From positions 76,495 to 140,494 of the forward strand of contig CAVXNC010000024.1 of NCBI GenBank assembly GCA_963762865.1: a stretch of 64,000 nucleotides of DNA, given 5' to 3'. The notes under the pieces are model-generated. The model was not told where the DNA came from and searched no databases. It saw only the letters and a program-made list of their open reading frames with translations. Made by a program: the position numbers and the translations under genes. The DNA comes from an uncultured Actinomycetota bacterium (GTDB taxonomy: Bacteria > Actinomycetota > Actinomycetes > JACCUZ01). Every line of letters starts with the position of its first letter. Position 1 is the stretch's first letter. Positions 1 through 9,874 of this stretch are shown here, piece after piece.

Positions 1-222
1 AGGGACGGGCAAGCCGGTCGCCTTGGCCAGGCCCAGCGCCAGGAAACCGGCGCTGCGCTCGTCGATCCGCACGTGCAGCCGCAGCCGGCCGGTCCGGTCG
101 GCCTCGTGCAGCGCGAAGGACAGCGGGGCGTTGCGCGAGCCCGGCGACAGCACCGCCTCGCGGACGCCGGCCCGGACCAGCTCGTCCACGACGACCGCCG
201 CCAGGGCGGTCGACGGGTTCAC
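1..222 (-). CDS. menD: 2-succinyl-5-enolpyruvyl-6-hydroxy-3-cyclohexene-1-carboxylate synthase (MenD), N-terminal ~74 aa; the gene continues beyond the window start
   Basis: The minus-strand translation starts [43 protein letters not shown], a typical MenD N-terminus. The GTG start at 222 overlaps the menC stop in a GTGA junction. Confidence 0.7.
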   Translation of the reverse strand, partial: MNPSTALAAVVVDELVRAGVREAVLSPGSRNAPLSFALHEADRTGRLRLHVRIDERSAGFLALGLAKATGLPVP

Positions 223-1184
223 GAGCGCCCTCCGGCGCTCGCGGCGGCCAGGGCCTCGACCCGGCGCAGGCGGTCGAGCCACCGGGCGGTCGTCGCATCG
301 TCCGCGGCCACCGCGTCGAGGAGGTCGGGTTCGGGGCGCACGACGGGCAGCATGCCGTCGAGGACTGTCAGCGGCGAGGAAGTGACATCACCGTCGAGCA
401 GCGCGAGCGTGGCCAGCCCGCAGGCGTAGGGCAGCTCCGGCAACACTCCGGCCAGTGCCAGCCCGGCAGCCAGACCCACCGACGACTCCAGCGCCGACGA
501 CACCACGACCGGCAGCCCGATCTGCTCGGCGATCCGCAGGCAGGCGGCCACCCCGCCCAACGGCTGCACCTTGAGCACCGCGATGTCGGCGGCTGCCAGC
601 CGGGCCACCCGGAGCGGGTCCGATGCCCGGCGGATCGACTCGTCGGCGGCGATGGGCACATCGACCTGGCGGCGTACGGCCGCGAGCTCCTCCACCGTCG
701 CGCAGGGCTGCTCGACGTACTCCAGCCCGCCGGCCGCGCGATCCAGCTCACGGGTGCGGCGTACGGCGGTGCCGACGTCCCACAAGCCGTTGACGTCGAT
801 GCGGATGCGACCGCCGGGCCCCAGCGCGTCGCGGACGGCGGCCACCCGCTCGACGTCCGCGCTCTCCGGCTGGCCCGGCTCGGCGACCTTCACCTTCGCC
901 GTGCGGCACCCGGCGGACGCGGCCACCACCGCCGCCGCGCGTTCGGGCGACACCGCGGGCACCGTCACGTTGACCGGCACCCGGTCGCGCAGCGGCACCG
1001 GCCACGACCCGTCGGCGGCCTCCCGGGCAGCCAGCAGCCATGGCACGCACTCGGCGTCGGAGTAGTCCTCGAAGGGCGACCACTCGCCCCAGCCGGCGGC
1101 CCCCCTGAGCAGCAAGCCGTAGCGGGTGTCGATGCCCCGGAAGCGGGTGCGCATCGGGATCGTCCAGACCCGCGCGTCCGCCAT
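219..1184 (-). CDS. menC: o-succinylbenzoate synthase (enolase superfamily)
   Basis: The [28 protein letters not shown]... segment inside the 219..1880 ORF matches OSB synthase. The ORF-track start at 1880 is an upstream over-extension that overlaps menB on the opposite strand. The real ATG is at 1184. Confidence 0.85.
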   Translation of the reverse strand: MADARVWTIPMRTRFRGIDTRYGLLLRGAAGWGEWSPFEDYSDAECVPWLLAAREAADGSWPVPLRDRVPVNVTVPAVSPERAAAVVAASAGCRTAKVKVAEPGQPESADVERVAAVRDALGPGGRIRIDVNGLWDVGTAVRRTRELDRAAGGLEYVEQPCATVEELAAVRRQVDVPIAADESIRRASDPLRVARLAAADIAVLKVQPLGGVAACLRIAEQIGLPVVVSSALESSVGLAAGLALAGVLPELPYACGLATLALLDGDVTSSPLTVLDGMLPVVRPEPDLLDAVAADDATTARWLDRLRRVEALAAASAGGRS

Positions 1185-1202
1185 GCGCCTATCCTCGCCG
1201 AC

Positions 1203-2117
1203 GTGCCGTTCGACCCCAGCGCCTGGGAGCAGGTCCCCGGCTTCGACCTCACCGACCTGACCTACCACCGCGCGGTGGTCGACGGGCCGGGCCGAGGCAC
1301 GGTGCGGGTCGCGTTCGACCGACCGGAGGTGCGCAACGCCTTCCGGCCGCACACCGTCGACGAGCTCTACCGGGTGCTCGACCACGCCCGGCGCACGCCC
1401 GACGTCGGTTGCGTGCTGCTGACCGGCAACGGCCCGTCGCCCAAGGACGGCGGCTGGGCCTTCTGCTCCGGCGGCGACCAGCGGATCCGCGGTCGCAGCG
1501 GCTACCAGTACGCCGAGGGTGAGACCGCCGAGACCGTCGACGCGGCCCGGGTGAACGCGGAGGGCGGCCGGCTGCACATCCTCGAGGTGCAGCGGCTGAT
1601 CCGCACGATGCCCAAGGTGGTCGTCGCAGTCGTCGACGGATGGGCTGCCGGCGGCGGGCACTCGCTGCACGTCGTCTGCGACCTGACCGTCGCCTGCCAG
1701 GAGCACGCCCGCTTCAAGCAGACCGACGCCGACGTCGGGTCCTTCGACGCGGGCTACGGCTCGGCCTACCTCGCGAAGATGGTCGGCCAGAAGGTCGCGC
1801 GCGAGATCTTCTTCCTCGGTCGGGAGTACGACGCGGAGACCATGCAGCGGATGGGAGCCGTCAACCTGGTGGCGGGTCACGACGACGTCGAGGCGACCGC
1901 TCTGGAGGTGGCTGCCGAGGTCAACAGCAAGAGCCCGACCGCGCAGCGGATGCTGAAGTTCGCGTTCAACCTGCTCGACGACGGGCTGATGGGGCAGCAG
2001 GTCTTCGCCGGCGAGGCGACCCGGCTGGCCTACATGACCGACGAGGCCGTGGAGGGCCGGGACGCGTTCCTCGAGAAGCGCGCGCCGGACTGGTCCGGCT
2101 ACCCCTGGTACTACTGA
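1203..2117 (+). CDS. menB: 1,4-dihydroxy-2-naphthoyl-CoA synthase
   Basis: 304 aa crotonase-fold protein with the MenB signatures GGWAFCSGGDQ and DGWAAGGGHSLHVVCDLT. It starts with GTG. Confidence 0.95.
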   Translation: MPFDPSAWEQVPGFDLTDLTYHRAVVDGPGRGTVRVAFDRPEVRNAFRPHTVDELYRVLDHARRTPDVGCVLLTGNGPSPKDGGWAFCSGGDQRIRGRSGYQYAEGETAETVDAARVNAEGGRLHILEVQRLIRTMPKVVVAVVDGWAAGGGHSLHVVCDLTVACQEHARFKQTDADVGSFDAGYGSAYLAKMVGQKVAREIFFLGREYDAETMQRMGAVNLVAGHDDVEATALEVAAEVNSKSPTAQRMLKFAFNLLDDGLMGQQVFAGEATRLAYMTDEAVEGRDAFLEKRAPDWSGYPWYY

Positions 2118-2121
2118 GCCT

Positions 2122-2619
2122 GTGACCGACGATCCCGCAGCCGAGCAGGTGGCCGTGCTGCGGGCTGTGACGTCGGACGCCGACTACGCGACCTACCGGG
2201 CGCTGGCGCTCGAGGAGCACGCCGCAGAGTTCGCGCACGACGGCGGGATGACGCTGGAGCGCGCCCGGGAGCTGGTGGAGTTCGGGCTGCCGGAGTCGCT
2301 GAGCGAGCTGCTCGCCGCCGACCGGACCTGGCTCTACGAGGTCGTCGCCGACGGGGAACGGGCTGGCTGGCTCTGGCTCGGCCCGTCGCCGAAGGATCCG
2401 GCCTCCGTGCTGGTCTACGACATCCGGATCTCGCCGGAGCGGCAGCGCAGGGGACTCGGCCGCGCCGCCATGCTCGCCGCCGAGGACGTGGTGCGCGACG
2501 CCGGCTTCACCCGGATCGGGCTGCAGGTGCTGAGCTGGAACCGGCCGGCCGAGACCCTCTACCGCTCCCTCGGCTACCAGGTCGACGCCACCACGATGAG
2601 CAAGCCGGTGGGCACGTGA
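2122..2619 (+). CDS. GNAT family N-acetyltransferase
   Basis: 165 aa with the acetyl-CoA binding motif RQRRGLGRAAM and the C-terminal YRSLGYQV. Confidence 0.8.
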   Translation: MTDDPAAEQVAVLRAVTSDADYATYRALALEEHAAEFAHDGGMTLERARELVEFGLPESLSELLAADRTWLYEVVADGERAGWLWLGPSPKDPASVLVYDIRISPERQRRGLGRAAMLAAEDVVRDAGFTRIGLQVLSWNRPAETLYRSLGYQVDATTMSKPVGT

Positions 2620-3152
2620 GGGGCGGGGACGCCGGCATCCAGCTGCGGACTCTGGACCACGAGGAGTTCGCGGCCTTTCGCGAGCGGGCGATCCCGGCCT
2701 ACGCCGAAGAGGTGGCGCGCGCCCGCGGCCTCGAGCAGCGGGATGCGCTCCGCATTGCCGAGGAGTCCTTCCCGCCGAGCCTGGCCGCCGTGACCGAGAA
2801 CGGCCAGTGGATGTTCCGCGCGGTGCATGACGGTCTCGACGTGGGCTGGCTGTGGCTCGGCCCGCCGCCCTTCGGCGGGTCGGGTCTCTACGTATTCGAC
2901 ATCGAGGTCGACGAGGAGCACCGCGGGGAGGGTCTGGGTCGCGCCATCATGCTGGCCGCGGAGCAGGTGGTGCGCGAGTCCGGCTACGACCACCTCGGCC
3001 TCAACGTCTTCGGCTGGAACCATCGGGCCGAGTCGCTCTACCGATCCCTCGGCTACGAGGTGACGTCGATCCAGATGCGCAAGAAGCTGACCAACGAGAT
3101 GCTCGACGGCGACCTGCCCGACGGCGACACGACCTTGGACGGCGGACGCTGA
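2616..3152 (+). CDS. GNAT family N-acetyltransferase (tandem paralog of the preceding gene)
   Basis: 178 aa with EHRGEGLGRAIM...YRSLGYEV. Its start overlaps the upstream stop by 4 nt. Confidence 0.8.
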   Translation: MRGGDAGIQLRTLDHEEFAAFRERAIPAYAEEVARARGLEQRDALRIAEESFPPSLAAVTENGQWMFRAVHDGLDVGWLWLGPPPFGGSGLYVFDIEVDEEHRGEGLGRAIMLAAEQVVRESGYDHLGLNVFGWNHRAESLYRSLGYEVTSIQMRKKLTNEMLDGDLPDGDTTLDGGR

Positions 3153-4321
3153 CCCGCTCGCTGCACGGCGTCACCGCCCCGACGGGCAACGCGGTGCTCA
3201 CGTCGCTGCTGCCGGCCCTCGCGGCCGCGCTGGACGGCGCAGGTCCCGCGTTGCTGCCGCTGCCGACCGGCGGTTCCCGCGGTGACGTGCTGGCGGCGAT
3301 GGACCCGGCACAGCCGCTCGAGCGTGATGACGTCGCGCTGGTCGTGCCGACGTCGGGATCGACCGGCGAGCCCAAGGGCGTCATGCTCACCGCCGACGCA
3401 CTGCGGCACTCGGCGCGGGCCACGCACACCCGGCTCGGCGGCGACGGCCAGTGGCTGCTGGCACTGCCGGTCACTCATGTGGCCGGGCTGACCGTGCTGG
3501 TGCGGTCGCTGGTCGCACGCTCCCGGCCCGAGGTCGTCGACCTCTACGGCGGCTTCGACGTGGCCGCCTTCGTCGCGGCGACCGGGCGCCTGGCGGAAGG
3601 GGTGCGGCACTACACGTCGCTCGTCCCGACCCAGCTGCGCCGGCTGCTCGAGGCCGGGGACGACGCGCTCGAGTCGTTGAGGGCGTACGACGCGGTGCTC
3701 GTCGGCGGCGCGGCACTCAGCCGCGGGCTGCACGATCGCGCGATCGCGGCGGGGGCTCCGGTGGTGACGACCTACGGGATGTCGGAGACCTGCGGTGGCT
3801 GCGTCTACGACGGCCGGCCGCTCGACGGCGTCGAGGTGCGACTGCGCGACGACGGCCGCATCGAGCTCGGCGGGCCGACGGTCTTCGCGGGCTACCGGCT
3901 CCGGCCGCACCTCACCGCCGACGCGCTCGTCGACGGCAGGCACGTGACGCAGGACATCGGTCGATTCGCCGACGACGGGCGGCTGGAGGTGCTCAGCCGC
4001 GCGGACGACGTGGTCATCTCCGGCGGCGAGAACGTGCCGACCGGCCTCGTCGAGCAGGTGCTCGGCGACCACCCCGGGGTTGCTGCGGTCGCAGTGATCG
4101 GCGTGCCCGACGACGAGTGGGGACAGCGGGTGGTGGCCGTCGTGCAGGCCACCATCGCGTCCGCGGCGCCGACGCTCGAGGAGCTGCGGACGTACGCCGC
4201 CGAACGGCTCGCGCCGGCCGCCTTCCCGCGCGAGCTCGTGGTGCTGGGGATGCTGCCGTTGCTGCCCTCGGGCAAGCTCGACAGGAACGCGGTGCGTAGC
4301 CTCGTCGCCGCCCGGCACTGA
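3149..4321 (+). CDS. menE: o-succinylbenzoate--CoA ligase
   Basis: AMP-binding motifs VVPTSGSTGEPKGV, TYGMSETCGG and LPSGKLDR are present. The 2852..4321 ORF-track N-terminus is an out-of-gene extension through the GNAT gene. The true start is near 3149 and is uncertain. Confidence 0.8.
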   Translation: MTRSLHGVTAPTGNAVLTSLLPALAAALDGAGPALLPLPTGGSRGDVLAAMDPAQPLERDDVALVVPTSGSTGEPKGVMLTADALRHSARATHTRLGGDGQWLLALPVTHVAGLTVLVRSLVARSRPEVVDLYGGFDVAAFVAATGRLAEGVRHYTSLVPTQLRRLLEAGDDALESLRAYDAVLVGGAALSRGLHDRAIAAGAPVVTTYGMSETCGGCVYDGRPLDGVEVRLRDDGRIELGGPTVFAGYRLRPHLTADALVDGRHVTQDIGRFADDGRLEVLSRADDVVISGGENVPTGLVEQVLGDHPGVAAVAVIGVPDDEWGQRVVAVVQATIASAAPTLEELRTYAAERLAPAAFPRELVVLGMLPLLPSGKLDRNAVRSLVAARH

Positions 4322-4350
4322 GCCGGCGTCGAGCAGCAGCAAGGAGTCCG

Positions 4351-5220
4351 ATGGCGACCGCGGCGCAGTGGGTCGAGGGAGCGCGCCCGAGGACGCTGCC
4401 GGCGGCAGTGGCACCGGTGGCGGCCGGGACCGGCGCCGCGGCTGCGGCAGACGGCTTCCGGCTCGGGCCGGCGCTGCTCGCGCTGCTCGTCGCGCTGGCG
4501 CTGCAGGTGGGCGTCAACTACGCCAACGACTACAGCGACGGGGTGCGCGGGACCGATGCCGACCGGGTGGGGCCGTTGCGGCTCGTCGGGTCGGGGGTGG
4601 CGACACCGTCAGCGGTGAAGGCGGCTGCGCTTTCGGCCTTTGCGGTGGCGGGCGTGGCCGGGCTGGTGCTCGCGGCGTTGTCGTCGTGGTGGCTCGTCGC
4701 CGTCGGGGCAGCGTGCTTCGTCGCGGCATGGTTCTACACCGGCGGGCGGTCGCCCTACGGCTACCGAGGGCTCGGCGAGGTGTCGGTCTTCGTCTTCTTC
4801 GGGCTGGTCGCGACGGTCGGGACGACCTACGTGCAGCTGCTCGACGTGACGGTGGTGTCGGTGCTCGCCGGCATCGGCTGCGGGTCGCTCGCCTGCGCGC
4901 TGCTCGTGGCCAACAACCTTCGGGACCGGCCGAAGGACGAGGGCGTCGGCAAGCGGACACTGGCCGTGCGGCTCGGCGACCGCCGGACGCGGTTGCTCTA
5001 TGTCGGCCTGATGGTGCTGCCCTTCGTGCTGCTGCCGCAGATCGCGGCGTACTACGCGTGGGCGCTGCTGGCGCTTGGTGGCCGCCGCTGTTGCGGTGCC
5101 GCCGGCTTTGGCTGTCGGTCGCGGCGCCGCTGGGCGGGACCTCATCCCGGTGCTGAAGGCGACCGGGCTCACCCTGCTCGCCTACGGCGTCGTGCTCGGC
5201 GGAGCGCTCGCCCTGTCCTG
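4351..5220 (+). CDS. menA: 1,4-dihydroxy-2-naphthoate polyprenyltransferase, with an apparent 1-nt frameshift near 5083
   Basis: UbiA-family TM protein (NDYSDGVRGTD). After the ggtgg run near 5083 the conserved C-terminus ...VAAAVAVPP...GRDLIPVLKATGLTLLAYGVVLGGALALS* continues in the +1 frame and ends at 5220. Confidence 0.75.
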
Positions 5221-5299
5221 ACCGCCAGCCGCCGGGTGAGGCTCAGGCTTCTGCGACAGCCGCGATGGACACGGCGAGCACCCCGTTCGAGAACGGCAC

Positions 5300-5878
5300 C
5301 TACGTTGCGTCGCGCTCCGGGCGTGGCGCGCCGAGGGTGTCTCGATTCCTGTACAGGTCGCGGAGCAGGCTGATCTCGGCTCCGTGGTGGACCTGCTCGT
5401 CGATCACGGTGCGCCAGATGCGCTCGCAGGGCCAGTGGTCGCCCCAGTTCGTCAGCTTGGGTTCCGCGAGGTCAGCGTCGTCCAACTCCTGCACGACCGC
5501 CCGCAGGGGTTCCTGGCTCGCCCGCAGCCAATCGACCGCCGCTTCCGCGGACCCGGGCATCTCCAGGTCGTACGGCGCGGTCGCGGGCCCGAACGCGTAG
5601 TCGTAGTACCGGTAGTTCACTGCCGCGATATGCACGGTCCGCCACGCGATGGTCGTCACGGGGGCTGGTTGAGGATCCGGCACCACGTAGTCGATGACCC
5701 AGTCGCCACTGCCGTCGGCGCTCGCGGCCCGCGTCTCCGATCGTCGGTGCACGGTCCAGCATCCGGCGACTGGCTCCCAGAAGAACTCCTGGTCGCCGAT
5801 GGCGCTCAGCGTTTGTGTCAGTCGCTGGCATGACGCGTCGAATGAAGCCCGTAGGACATCGATCGCTGCAACCGCCAC
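5300..5878 (-). CDS. DinB/YfiT-like (mycothiol-dependent maleylpyruvate isomerase N-terminal-like) family protein
   Basis: 192 aa; WTV..HIAAV..HHGAEISLLRDLY is typical of DinB_2-fold proteins. Confidence 0.55.
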   Translation of the reverse strand: MAVAAIDVLRASFDASCQRLTQTLSAIGDQEFFWEPVAGCWTVHRRSETRAASADGSGDWVIDYVVPDPQPAPVTTIAWRTVHIAAVNYRYYDYAFGPATAPYDLEMPGSAEAAVDWLRASQEPLRAVVQELDDADLAEPKLTNWGDHWPCERIWRTVIDEQVHHGAEISLLRDLYRNRDTLGAPRPERDAT

Positions 5879-6077
5879 TCATCGAGGATGCCGCACATCC
5901 ACGCATGGGACCGCTCAGGAACGGCACCTACGGGCGGTCTCGCTGGGTCGAGAAGTGGTTGCCGCTGCGCCGAGCGACGAGTGGACGCGGCTAGACGCCT
6001 CGGCCCGCATCATCGGTTCGTCGGTCGTTCGATCAACTGGGTGAGGGGGACTCAATCGGAGTTGGTGCGGCGGATTC

Positions 6078-7338
6078 TCAATCGTCCGACGGAGCGAGCC
6101 AGGCCAGGGGTCGCTGTCCGCTGCCGCGGCTTGTGGTGAGGGGTTGCCCGTCCGAGGAGATCTCGGCGATGCCGGTTCCGCTGGTGACCGCGATGCGCGT
6201 CCCGTCCGGCGACCAGGCGAACCCGTGGGTGGCCGTGAAGTAGTCGTTGTAGGTGTCGTCGAACCGGTAGAGCGTCTGCGCCTCGCCCGACTCGACGTCG
6301 AGGGAGAGCAGTTTCGGCGACTCCGGTTGCCCGCGGTGGCAGTAGGTGGACGAGACCAGTCCCAGTCGCTCGCCGTCGGGGGACCAGGCCAGGTCGGTGA
6401 GAACCGGCGGCCACTCCAGCGGGCGCTGGGCGCGCTGCCGGTAGACCAGCTCCGGATCGCCACCGGCCCGGTCGAAGAGATAGACGGCGCCCTCATTCGG
6501 GCTGACCGCCCGTCGCGAGTCCCAGTTGCTGTCGCCGGGGCAGTCGGGCTCCGACGCGCCCGGGAAGGTGCTGACGGCGAGGCGGCTGCCGTCGGGGGAC
6601 CACTCGAGGTCGGAGATGCCCCGACCCTTCAGCACACCCGAGAGGTCGATCTCGTCGCGCAGCACCCCGTCGAACCCCCACACCTGGGCCGCGCGCGGCC
6701 TCTGCCCGCTGATCCCCAGAAAGACCGGTGCCGTGACCTCGTCCTGGCCCGGTCCGAACGAATGCATGAAGTTGCACTGATTGTCGCAGTGGATGGTGGC
6801 CACCGGCGCGTCCAGACCCGGCGCGAGCACGCGCATGGTGCGGACGCTTTCGGCCTGGGCCTCGTACCCCGCTGGTGTGCTCGGTTGGAGATCAGCCCGG
6901 CTCACGAAGGCCCCTGGCTGCGCGATGAAGAGGAACCGTCCGGTGTCCTGGTCGAAGGCCGACCAGGCCGGGAAGGACGCCGTGCCGATGTCGGGCAGCG
7001 ACAAAACCTCGTAGGACGGCGTCCCCCATCCGCCGCGTTCGCGGCCGTGGACGATGCCCCGGTTCGGGTTCGGGTTCGGGTTCGGGCTCGCGCTCGAGCT
7101 CGAGCTCGGGCTTCTCGACCGGTCCCCGGTCCACCGGCGGAGCGGCTCGGTCGGTTCCATCGAGCACCAGCGCGCCGGTCCCCACCACGGCGGCGACCAG
7201 GAGCGCGGCGCCTGCCACCCGGCTGGCAGTGCGGCGGTGGTGGGTCCGGCGCAGGCGGGCCAGGCCCGCCTCCACGTCGACCGGTGTCGCCGCCCGCAAG
7301 CCCCCGGCAGCGGCCGTTGCCCTGGTCTGGAGACTCAC
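6078..7338 (-). CDS. anti-sigma factor with a single TM helix, a Glu-Pro repeat linker and a C-terminal TolB-like beta-propeller; the frame changes near 7055
   Basis: The GTG at 7338 overlaps the sigma-gene stop (GTGA). The TM segment VAGAALLVAAVVGTGALVL is followed by the EKPELELEREPEPEPEPEPG linker. Removing one C from the cccc run at about 7054-7057 joins this directly to GIVHGRERGGW... and the WD40/TolB-like repeats (WSPDG x3) of the 6078..7160 ORF. Confidence 0.6.
7060..7110. repeat. hexanucleotide microsatellite (GGTTCG)4 followed by (GCTCGN) variants
   Basis: cggttcgggttcgggttcgggttcgggctcgcgctcgagctcgagctcggg encodes the PEPEPEPE/ELELE linker of the anti-sigma factor. Confidence 0.85.
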
Positions 7339-7856
7339 GGCAGGACCTCCTCGGCGGTCTGAGTGCGCTCGGGCCCGCCGGTCAGGTTCAGCTCCTGCAC
7401 GAGCCGGGCGCGCGCCCGCGACAGGTGCTGGCTGACCGATCCTTCGGTGATCTGCAGCGTCCGGGCGATGTCGGCGACGTCGAGCCCGTAGAGGTAGCGC
7501 AGCGCGGCGGCCTGCGCCTGTCGCTTCGGAAGCCGGCGCACGGCCGCCCAGAACGCGTCGTCGGCCGGCTCCAGGGCCGGAGGCTGCGGCCGGCTGGCGA
7601 GCCTAGTGCTCGCCCGCAGCTCCACCAGCTTGCGCCGGTACTGCGACACGGCCAGGTTGCCGCAGGTCCGCCGTACCCACGCCTCGGGGTGATCCAGGTC
7701 GCTGACGTGCCGCCACCGCCGGTACGCCGCCAGCATCGCCTCCTGCGCGACGTCCTCGGCCACCGCGGCCCCGCACAGAGCCCGCGCGAGCACCACCAGT
7801 CGCGGGAGCTCGGCACGGTAGAAGTCGTCGAACGGGAGCTGCGACCCGATCGACAT
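7335..7856 (-). CDS. ECF (sigma-70 family) RNA polymerase sigma factor
   Basis: Sigma-2 and sigma-4 regions are present (DVAQEAMLAAYRRWRH...; ALRYLYGLDVADIARTLQITEGSVSQHLSRARARL). The ATG at 7856 is preceded by GGAGGA. Confidence 0.85.
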   Translation of the reverse strand: MSIGSQLPFDDFYRAELPRLVVLARALCGAAVAEDVAQEAMLAAYRRWRHVSDLDHPEAWVRRTCGNLAVSQYRRKLVELRASTRLASRPQPPALEPADDAFWAAVRRLPKRQAQAAALRYLYGLDVADIARTLQITEGSVSQHLSRARARLVQELNLTGGPERTQTAEEVLP

Positions 7857-8111
7857 GGTGTCTCCTCCGACGGCCACTACCTCGGCCCGATCGCTCCACA
7901 CACCCTGAACTCGTTCAAGCTGCCCACCACGATGACAGCCGGGAGCAGAAATTCGGAGGAGAACCTCAGATACTCGAGCAGCGCGATGTGCGAGGCGAGC
8001 ACGGACTGGGGATGGGTCCGAGCACCCGCCACATAATGCCGGTTATGGCGCCTACCCGACGATTGCGCGGTCGGCCGACAGACTAGCGTTGGCGAGTCCG
8101 GAGGTCAGTGG

Positions 8112-9203
8112 ATGGGCGATCACACTCGGGTGAACGCGGCTGGCTACCTGAGCCGCAGGCGGTTTATCGGGCGGTGCGCGAGCGCAGCCGCAGGTTTGGC
8201 TGTGGCCGGCTGCCTAGCGGGCCGGGAGCCCCTTGGCAATCCAGGGCCGCGACTCGTTACCACCCTCGGCGACCTGGCACTACCAGACACGGGTGTCATC
8301 CTGCCTCACGAACACATTTTCTTGGCTGGTCCGAAGCAGGAACGGGTGCAGGTCGAGGACGTAGTCGAGGTGATGCAACCCGAGCTGAAGAATGCGCGCG
8401 CAGCCGGAGTTGCCGTGCTGGTCGACGCAGGTTCGCCGAGTCTCGGTCGCCGGGCCGACATCATCGTGGCGGTGTCACGGGCCGCGCGGCTGCCCGTGGT
8501 CGTGCCGACCGGCTTCTATCTCGACCCGTCGATACCTGAATGGGCGCGGGCCGCGAGCGAGGAGGAGTTGCGCGACTGGATGATCGGCGAACTGGTCGGT
8601 GGAATGGAAGGGACAGACGTGAAGGCGGGCTGGATCAAACTGGCGGCAAGCGACGGCGGACTCACTGAACAAGAGCGCAAGTGCCTGCGTGCCGCTGCCC
8701 GCGCGGGCGCAGCGACCGACTCAACCATCGGCTGCCACATCGAGAGCGGCATCGTGGCCCGCGACGCGCTGGATACCGTGGAAAGGTTGGGCTACCGACC
8801 CGAGCGCTTCGTCTGGATACACGCCGACCATGAACTCTTGTTCCACGCCGACCGTGAACGCGACTGGGGGTTGCGCGAGGAACTGGCACGCCGAGGGGCA
8901 TGGGTGGAGTTCGATAAGATCGGGTTCACTAAGCATGGGGGTGACGCGGCGTCTATCGACATGATGCACATCGACATGATTCAGCACATGCTCGACGCGG
9001 ATCTCGGTGACCGCCTCCTGCTCAGCATGGACAGCGGCTGGTACGACCCCGGCCGGCCCGACTGCCGGGCGGGTTGTATCGAGGGGTACACGTACCTCTC
9101 GAAGACTTTCCTGCCGAGGCTTAGTAAGACTGGGGTAGACGAGGCGACGATTGACAAGCTGACGCGGGAGAATCCGTTTCACGCATTCGCGCGACCCAGC
9201 TAG
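8112..9203 (+). CDS. phosphotriesterase-family (PTE/Php amidohydrolase) protein with a Tat signal peptide
   Basis: The N-terminus SRRRFIGRCASAAAGLAVAGCLA is a twin-arginine signal with a lipobox-like Cys. The LPHEHIF metal-binding motif and an amidohydrolase TIM barrel are present. Confidence 0.8.
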   Translation: MGDHTRVNAAGYLSRRRFIGRCASAAAGLAVAGCLAGREPLGNPGPRLVTTLGDLALPDTGVILPHEHIFLAGPKQERVQVEDVVEVMQPELKNARAAGVAVLVDAGSPSLGRRADIIVAVSRAARLPVVVPTGFYLDPSIPEWARAASEEELRDWMIGELVGGMEGTDVKAGWIKLAASDGGLTEQERKCLRAAARAGAATDSTIGCHIESGIVARDALDTVERLGYRPERFVWIHADHELLFHADRERDWGLREELARRGAWVEFDKIGFTKHGGDAASIDMMHIDMIQHMLDADLGDRLLLSMDSGWYDPGRPDCRAGCIEGYTYLSKTFLPRLSKTGVDEATIDKLTRENPFHAFARPS

Positions 9204-9420
9204 CGCCGACTGCCCGATCTGGGCGGTCGAACGGGTCGCCGAGTTTCGGGCGCGAGTCCCACAACCGGGGACACATCCCGATCTGCCGCTGACCGGATCG
9301 TGTCGGATCATGGCTCCGGCGACTTCGGGCCTCATGCCCAGCGTCGAGTAGTGCCGGTTCCGTGCGGTCGTGTCGGCCAACGAGCGGGTGCGCGGGAACG
9401 GCACACACCGGGCGGCGACC

Positions 9421-9564
9421 TCAGTGGTCGCCAGGGATGTTGCGGTTCGCCCGTGCATCACGGGGAGCCTCGTCGAGCCTGTAGGTCTCTCCCCGTCGCC
9501 GCAACACCAACCAGGCTCCGATCAAGAGCAGAGCGATGACCACAAGAATGACCACGACGCCCAT
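9421..9564 (-). CDS. putative small membrane protein (47 aa)
   Basis: MGVVVILVVIALLLIGAWLVLRRRGETYRL... is a TM helix followed by a charged tail. A GGAGGA Shine-Dalgarno sits 5 nt upstream of the ATG. The gene lies in a lower-GC intergenic stretch. No homology support. Confidence 0.3.
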   Translation of the reverse strand: MGVVVILVVIALLLIGAWLVLRRRGETYRLDEAPRDARANRNIPGDH

Positions 9565-9874
9565 CTCGTCCTCCGTCCGCTGCCAAGCACGCTGCAAGTC
9601 CAGTAGGCCTGGGCTCGTTGCTGGGAGGCAACCCTCAGCCCCTAGAAGTTGCGCACGGTTCCCGATAATGACGAACAATCGCCGGATATCGATCGCCGTG
9701 CCGCCTCGCTTTGTGTGACGTCGCGGAGCACATAGTGCAGGCTATGTTCGGCCGACCCAGCATCTGCGCCTGGGCCTTGATTCGACCCCCGGTCGGGCAT
9801 GGATCCGACCCAGCCGACAGGGTCGATGCAGGCGTCGCAAGGAAGCGGTCGCTCCCGTAGCAAATCGACCGGGG

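Noticed and set aside
1185-1880. N-terminal 232 aa of the 553-aa menC ORF
   Set aside because: No homology. It overlaps menB on the opposite strand. The OSB synthase begins at the internal Met (1184).
2852-3148. N-terminal 100 aa of the 489-aa menE ORF
   Set aside because: This stretch is the GNAT gene 2616..3152 read in another frame. The menE homology starts near 3149.
3053-4414. 453-aa minus-strand ORF opposite menE, and the ORFs 4368..5156(+), 4514..4960(-) and 4609..5172(-) overlapping menA
   Set aside because: All are Arg/Pro-rich shadow frames. menE and menA account for the region.
6144-8036. 630-aa plus-strand ORF spanning the anti-sigma and sigma genes
   Set aside because: Antisense shadow ORF with no conserved motifs. 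The opposite strand encodes a verified sigma/anti-sigma pair.
9780-9850. T-loop-like CTTGATTCGACCCCCGG sequence that could mark a tRNA or an integration-site remnant next to the low-GC patch
   Set aside because: No acceptor stem or anticodon arm can be built. It does not fit the GGTTCGAATCC consensus well.
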